From Parachlamydiales bacterium (GTDB lineage Bacteria > Chlamydiota > Chlamydiia > Chlamydiales > JAJFMK01), in NCBI GenBank assembly GCA_963765145.1, contig CAVXVG010000035.1:1-12155 (forward strand): 12,155 nt of DNA, read 5' to 3'. The notes beneath the pieces were generated by a model, which was given only the letters and a program-made list of their open reading frames with translations, was not told the DNA's origin and ran no database searches. Within the stretch, counting starts at the first letter, position 1. Each line of letters starts with the position of its first letter. Position numbers and translations under genes: made by a program. Positions 7,921 to 12,155 of this stretch are shown here, piece by piece.

Positions 7921-9246
7921 ATGGATGAGACCCTGGGCCAAAGATTGTGGGATGAAAAACTTGAACACTTGGTAGATCCCTTTTGCCAAGCGATTGCCCG
8001 CGCTCAAGAACAAATAGTTGGCATTAAAGAACCGATCGCCTCCCTGAAAGAGAGTTACGAACAAGCACTAAAAAGGTTAGAAGAACTCAGAGGGACTCCC
8101 CTTTTTTTCCCTTATTTAGGTTCAGGACTTGGAAAAGGGCCTCTCGTTGAGCTGCTCGATGGAAGTATTAAATATGACATGATTTGCGGAATCGGCCCTT
8201 ACTACTTTGGCCATTCTCATCCTCGACTCATCCGGGCCGCATTGCACGGGGCTGTCTCTGACACAGTCATGCAAGGAAATTTGCAACAAACAGAGATCAC
8301 TCTTCAAGTGATGGAGGCTTTTATCAAGCTCTCTAACTTAGATCACTGTTTCTTAACATCTTCCGGAGCTATGGCATTAGAAAATGCCTTCAAAATTGCC
8401 TTTCAAAAGAAAAAAGGCTCTTATCGAGTTTTGGCCTTCGAGGGTTGTTTTTCAGGAAGAACTTTAACCCTTTCGCAAGTCACCGATAAAGCTTTGTATC
8501 GAGAAGGGCTACCCCACACTCTTTATGTCGACTACCTTCCCTTTCCAGATGATCAAGATCCGACAAAAACACTTGAGCAATTGAAAACCTATCTAAAGCG
8601 CTATCCCGGAGAACATGCTTTGCTCATTGCAGAACTTGTTCAAGGTGAGGGTGGCTTTAGAAAAGGAACCCCTTCTTTTTTCACCCCCATTTTTGAGATG
8701 GCAAAGAAAGAGGCCATTCCCATTTTAATGGATGAAGTACAAACCTTTGGTCGACTAGAAAAGCCATTCGCCTTTCAAGCGCTAGGACTTGAAAAATTTG
8801 CTGACATTGTCACAGTTGGAAAACTTTCTAACATTTGCGCCACTCTCTTTACAGAAGAGATGAAACCTAAAGGGGGCCTACTCAGCCAAACCTTCACAGG
8901 TTCTACAGCCTCTCTTTTTGCAGGTTTTGAGACATTGAAGATGTTTCAAGAGTTGCCTCTTTTTGGGCCTGATGGAAAAAATGCCCAAGTTTTTAAATGG
9001 TGTGAAAAAGAGATCAAACGATTGGGACTCGGAGGGCCTTATGGGCAAGGGGCGATGGTTGCTTTTATTCCAGGCCAAGGGGAATCGGAAGCTGTTCACC
9101 AATTTATTTTACGACTTTTTGAAAAGGGGGTGATCACTTTTTCAGCGGGAACCCATCCAAAAAAAGTCCGGATGCTCATACCCGCTCCAGTTGTAGAAGA
9201 AAAAGACATTCAAGAAGTCTTCAAAATCATCGAGGGTATCCTTTGA
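7921..9246 (+). CDS. Class III PLP-dependent aminotransferase, probable succinylornithine/acetylornithine aminotransferase (AstC/ArgD-like)
   Basis: FGHSHP, SSGAMALENAFK, FSGRT, ELVQGEGG, DEVQTFGR, DIVTVGK (PLP Lys), SQTFTG. It is translationally coupled to astA by a TGATG overlap. Confidence 0.88.
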   Translation: MDETLGQRLWDEKLEHLVDPFCQAIARAQEQIVGIKEPIASLKESYEQALKRLEELRGTPLFFPYLGSGLGKGPLVELLDGSIKYDMICGIGPYYFGHSHPRLIRAALHGAVSDTVMQGNLQQTEITLQVMEAFIKLSNLDHCFLTSSGAMALENAFKIAFQKKKGSYRVLAFEGCFSGRTLTLSQVTDKALYREGLPHTLYVDYLPFPDDQDPTKTLEQLKTYLKRYPGEHALLIAELVQGEGGFRKGTPSFFTPIFEMAKKEAIPILMDEVQTFGRLEKPFAFQALGLEKFADIVTVGKLSNICATLFTEEMKPKGGLLSQTFTGSTASLFAGFETLKMFQELPLFGPDGKNAQVFKWCEKEIKRLGLGGPYGQGAMVAFIPGQGESEAVHQFILRLFEKGVITFSAGTHPKKVRMLIPAPVVEEKDIQEVFKIIEGIL

Positions 9247-10229
9247 TGTATGTTTTAAGAGAATCCAAGCAAGAGGACATCAATCAACTTTTAGAACTTT
9301 CAAAAGTAGGCATGACAAGTCTCCCTATAAAAAAAGAGGCAATGATGAGGAGGATTGAGGAATCGATCGCAGCTTTTGCAAAAAACTCTTCTCAAAATGT
9401 TTACCTCTTTTGCCTGGAAGATTGTGAGACAAAGAAAGTTATCGGCACTTCAGCCATTTCAGCGGCAGGCTCTCGTATTCCTACTTTTCGCATTGTGATT
9501 GAACAGCTTCCAACGGTTACCACACCCCATCCACAGGATTCTATTCTCTTAGAGCTGCATGAAGATCGAGAAAATGCAAGCGAACTGTGCGGGCTTGTGT
9601 TGTCTGAATCCGCGCAGTCTAAAGGGATCGGCACCCTTTTATCGAAAGCGCGCTTACTTTACGTCGCTGATCATCCCCACTCTTTTCATCCCACTCTTTT
9701 TGCTGACATTAGAGGTGTCATAACAACCGAGGGACACTGCTCTTTTTGGGAGTGGGTGGGTCAAACCTTTTGTTCTTTAAGTTTTGCAGAGGTCGAGGAG
9801 CTGTACAGAACTCAACCACAGGAACTTTTCCCCTTATTCCCTCGTCATCCCATTTATTTGGGTCTTCTTCCTAAGGAGATACGTGAAGTGGTAGGAGTTG
9901 CTCATCCCAAATCAGAAGGGGCTTTGCAAATGCTTATTAAAGAGGGATTTCATATCTCTAATGAAATCCATCCTCTTGATGGGGGGCCCCGCGTTGTAGC
10001 CCCTTTAATGGGCATTAAAAGCATCAGAGAATCGATAAAAGGCAGAGTTGCAGCAACAGCGCCCAAAAAAGAGACAAAAGCCCTCATCACAAAATCAGAA
10101 GGAGCTTTTAGGGCAGCTTTGGGAGAAATTGAAGAATTGAAGAATGGCGAAATTGCACTCAATGAAGAAACAAAAAGATGTTTAGAGCTCTCTGTAGGAG
10201 ACCCGATAAGATTTTTGAGGTTAAAATGA
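9246..10229 (+). CDS. astA: Arginine N-succinyltransferase
   Basis: GMTSLP, YLFCLED, SELCGLVL, GTLLSKARLLYVADHPHSF, ADIRGV, SFWEWVGQTF, PRHPIYLGLLP, VGVAHP..EGALQMLIKEGF, LDGGP and C-terminal LELSVGDPIR match the AstA family. It lies directly before astD. Confidence 0.9.
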   Translation: MYVLRESKQEDINQLLELSKVGMTSLPIKKEAMMRRIEESIAAFAKNSSQNVYLFCLEDCETKKVIGTSAISAAGSRIPTFRIVIEQLPTVTTPHPQDSILLELHEDRENASELCGLVLSESAQSKGIGTLLSKARLLYVADHPHSFHPTLFADIRGVITTEGHCSFWEWVGQTFCSLSFAEVEELYRTQPQELFPLFPRHPIYLGLLPKEIREVVGVAHPKSEGALQMLIKEGFHISNEIHPLDGGPRVVAPLMGIKSIRESIKGRVAATAPKKETKALITKSEGAFRAALGEIEELKNGEIALNEETKRCLELSVGDPIRFLRLK

Positions 10230-11221
10230 ATATCCATGAAAGTCAAAGAGAATGGTCAAAAGTCCCTTTTGAAAAAAAAGCAGAGATCCTCGAAAAATTT
10301 CATCGTTTAGTACAAGAATCAAGAGAGAAATTTGCTCAAATCGTTTCGGAAGAGACCGGAAAGCCTTTGTGGGAATCAAGAGGTGAAATCGATGGAGTGA
10401 GTGGAAAAGTAGCTGCCTCAATTGCGGCCTATCTAGAAAGATGTCCTGTACGAAAAAAAGAGGTCACTCTAGGCCTTGCGGAAACACGTCATCGTCCTCT
10501 TGGTGTGGTCGCTGTTTTAGGGCCCTATAATTTTCCTGCCCATTTGCCTAATGGACAAATCGTTCCTGCTCTACTTGCCGGCAATGGGGTGATCTTTAAA
10601 CCAAGTGAAGAGACTCCACGAACCGGCGAGTTTTTAGTAGACCTGTTTTACAAAGCCGGTATTCCAAAAGGATTGATCCAATTGGTTCAAGGGGGACCTG
10701 AGGTGGGCCAACGGTTGGTATCTGATCCTCACATCAAAGGAATCTTTTTTACCGGAAGCCTTGCGACAGGAAAACAAATCCTAAAAACAACAGCCCAAAT
10801 GCCCGAAAAAATCGTCGCTTTAGAGATGGGTGGTAATAATCCTTTGGTCATTAGTGACACAGAAGATCGAGATCGGGCTGTGCAAATTGCTTTAGTCTCT
10901 TCCTTTATTACCACAGGGCAGCGGTGTTCTTGCTCCAGACGATTGATTGTCATTGATCAAGATCTTTTCATTGAAAGGTTTCTGGAAGCTGTACCTAAAC
11001 TGACGCTAGGATTTTATCACCAAAAGCCTGAACCTTTTATGGGGCCTTTTACAAAAGAGCATCACCGAAATAAGGCTTTTAGGGGTTATGAAGAGCTTTT
11101 AAAAAAGGGAGGAAAAGTTTTGATTGAGCCTAAGAAGTTGGATCACGGCTATTTTCTTACTCCAGGCGTTGTCGATATGACAGGAACAGAAGGCTATGAC
11201 GAAGAAATTTTTGGGCCTATT
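10226..11221 (+). CDS. astD: Succinylglutamate-semialdehyde dehydrogenase, 3'-truncated at the composition break
   Basis: ETGKPLWESRGE, RHRPLGVVAVLGPYNFPAHLPNGQIVPALLAGN, FKPSEETP, FTGS, ALEMGGNNP (catalytic Glu), AFITTGQRC-like SFITTGQRCSC (catalytic Cys), EPFMGP, DEEIFGP. ATGA overlap with astA. ALDH similarity ends right after EEIFGP. Confidence 0.9.
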
Positions 11222-11230
11222 GCACCACCC
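11215..11230. other. Abrupt compositional junction (probable chimeric join)
   Basis: Hand counts give 22/60 GC at 11101-11160 and 40/60 GC at 11461-11520. Genes on both sides are broken at this point, and no transposase, att site or terminal repeat is visible. Confidence 0.85.
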
Positions 11231-11376
11231 CAGCAGCGCGAAGATGGCCAGACGCGTCGTGGCAAAGAAAGTGAAGAAGGCCGAGCAAAGGCCAGCAGCA
11301 GGCTGGTGAAGAGGCCGAAGCCTTGCAGCGGGAAGCCGAAGACCTTTCCGCCTTCCGCTTGCGCCGATTGCGTCAT
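11222..11376 (-). CDS. 5' part of a small hydrophobic hypothetical membrane protein (high-GC segment), truncated at the junction, one frameshift
   Basis: ATG at 11376 with GGAGG (11390-11386) 9 nt upstream. Reads MTQSAQAEGGKVFGFPLQGFGLFTSLLLAFA, then after a frame change near 11283 SAFFTFFATTRLAIFALLGW. Confidence 0.6.
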
Positions 11377-11410
11377 CGTTTAGAGCCTCCGTGGTCTAGA
11401 ATACAAGTTC

Positions 11411-12155
11411 ATGGCAAGCAGCGCACAGATCGAGCTTTGGCAGGCGGAGAAGGTGGCCGCGCAGGCGACTGTGGCCCAGGCCCCCAACGGAATTCACTAC
11501 GCAATGTGGGGCGAGACGCGCGTCACGGATGCGGACCTGGAGCGGCTGGTGGGCGCCGTGCCGGCCACGCTCTCGGCCGCGCTCGAACACCGCGCCTATT
11601 ACTTTGTCCCGCTGGCCATCGCCGACACCGACGAGACCATGGTCGCGCCCGGCTACACCGTCGATCTGGGCGACCGCGCCATCTGCCATCGCAACGCCGT
11701 CTTCGGCTCGACCGAGGCCGTCTTTCTTTCCACGCGGCTGGTCGAGGACCGCTTCGGCCTGGCCTTCGAGTTCTTCATCAACGTGGCCCACAACTTTGTC
11801 GAGGCCGCTGGAGTTCCCGAGAGCTTTTCGACGCTGGTTTGGCTGCAGGCCGAGGCCCAGGTGCGCGGCGAAACCAGCCAGGATGCCTGGGAGACCCGCC
11901 GCCGCGCGCAGGACAGCCAGCGGACGGCAACCAGCGAAGCATCGACGAGCGCGCCCGCAGCGCTTATTACGAATCGGCCTTCTCGTGATGCGCTGGCGAT
12001 TTATATGCTCTCGCTGGCCGTGGACTTCGACTATCACGATCTGCGCGAGCGCGACTATCCGCTGCTGGCCGCCCCGGCTCTGGCCGAGCGCCTGCGCCAT
12101 GTAGCCAGCCTCTTCCCGGCCAATCCCGGCTATGAATTTCAGGTGCTTTACCGGC
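11411..12155 (+). CDS. Hypothetical protein (high-GC segment, possibly Acidobacteria-type), runs off the window end; absent from the ORF track because it has no stop
   Basis: Open frame from ATG 11411 with strong GC3 bias: MASSAQIELWQAEKVAAQATVAQAPNGIHYAMWGE...RAYYFVPLAI...AICHRN...VFLSTRLVEDRFGLAFEFFINVAHNFV...VRGETSQDAWE...DALAIYMLSLAVDFDYHDLRERDYPLLAAPALAERLRHVASLFPANPGYEFQVLYR. There is probably a compensating frameshift pair at ~11910-11985, where IDERARSAYYESAFS lies in another frame. Confidence 0.8.
   Translation, partial: MASSAQIELWQAEKVAAQATVAQAPNGIHYAMWGETRVTDADLERLVGAVPATLSAALEHRAYYFVPLAIADTDETMVAPGYTVDLGDRAICHRNAVFGSTEAVFLSTRLVEDRFGLAFEFFINVAHNFVEAAGVPESFSTLVWLQAEAQVRGETSQDAWETRRRAQDSQRTATSEASTSAPAALITNRPSRDALAIYMLSLAVDFDYHDLRERDYPLLAAPALAERLRHVASLFPANPGYEFQVLYR

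Noticed and set aside
5894..10953. Short minus-strand ORFs inside hemW, the M20 gene, the aminotransferase, astA and astD
   Set aside because: They are antisense shadows of well-supported genes and have no recognisable motifs.
1546..11221. A joint arginine-to-putrescine (Puu) pathway linking the C26 hydrolase with the ast genes
   Set aside because: No puuA, puuB or arginine decarboxylase/agmatinase gene is visible, AST does not make gamma-glutamyl intermediates, and the genes are separated by the palindrome and the heme genes.
11222..11383. Novel C-terminal tail on AstD (APPQQREDGQ...CADCVIV)
   Set aside because: It is read-through into the antisense strand of the foreign high-GC gene after the junction.
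11323..12104. Long ORFs 11323-11988 (+), 11396-12100 (-) and 11529-12104 (+)
   Set aside because: These are Arg/Pro/Gly-rich or antisense shadow frames typical of high-GC DNA. The frame from 11411 has the proper codon bias.

Overview
Bases 1 to about 11220 look like an environmental Chlamydiae (Chlamydiota) chromosome segment of roughly 40% GC, with many frameshifts that are probably long-read or low-coverage indel errors. Gene order: the 3' end of a ResB-like cytochrome c biogenesis gene; an apparent ~3.6 kb accessory block (frameshifted BNR/Asp-box sialidase-like gene, a divergent membrane + pentapeptide-repeat + peptidase C26 fusion gene, and a non-coding region with a near-perfect 56-bp-arm hairpin); then a tightly packed run of ccsA, a CT053-like acidic protein, hemW, an M20 hydrolase, an AstC-like aminotransferase, astA and astD. 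The last four form an arginine succinyltransferase (AST) catabolic cluster in which the M20 hydrolase probably replaces AstE. At about 11221 astD is cut off and the sequence switches abruptly to ~65% GC DNA with two divergent hypothetical genes, most likely a chimeric join to an unrelated, possibly Acidobacteria-like, genome. All family calls come from motif recognition by eye; no database searches were run.
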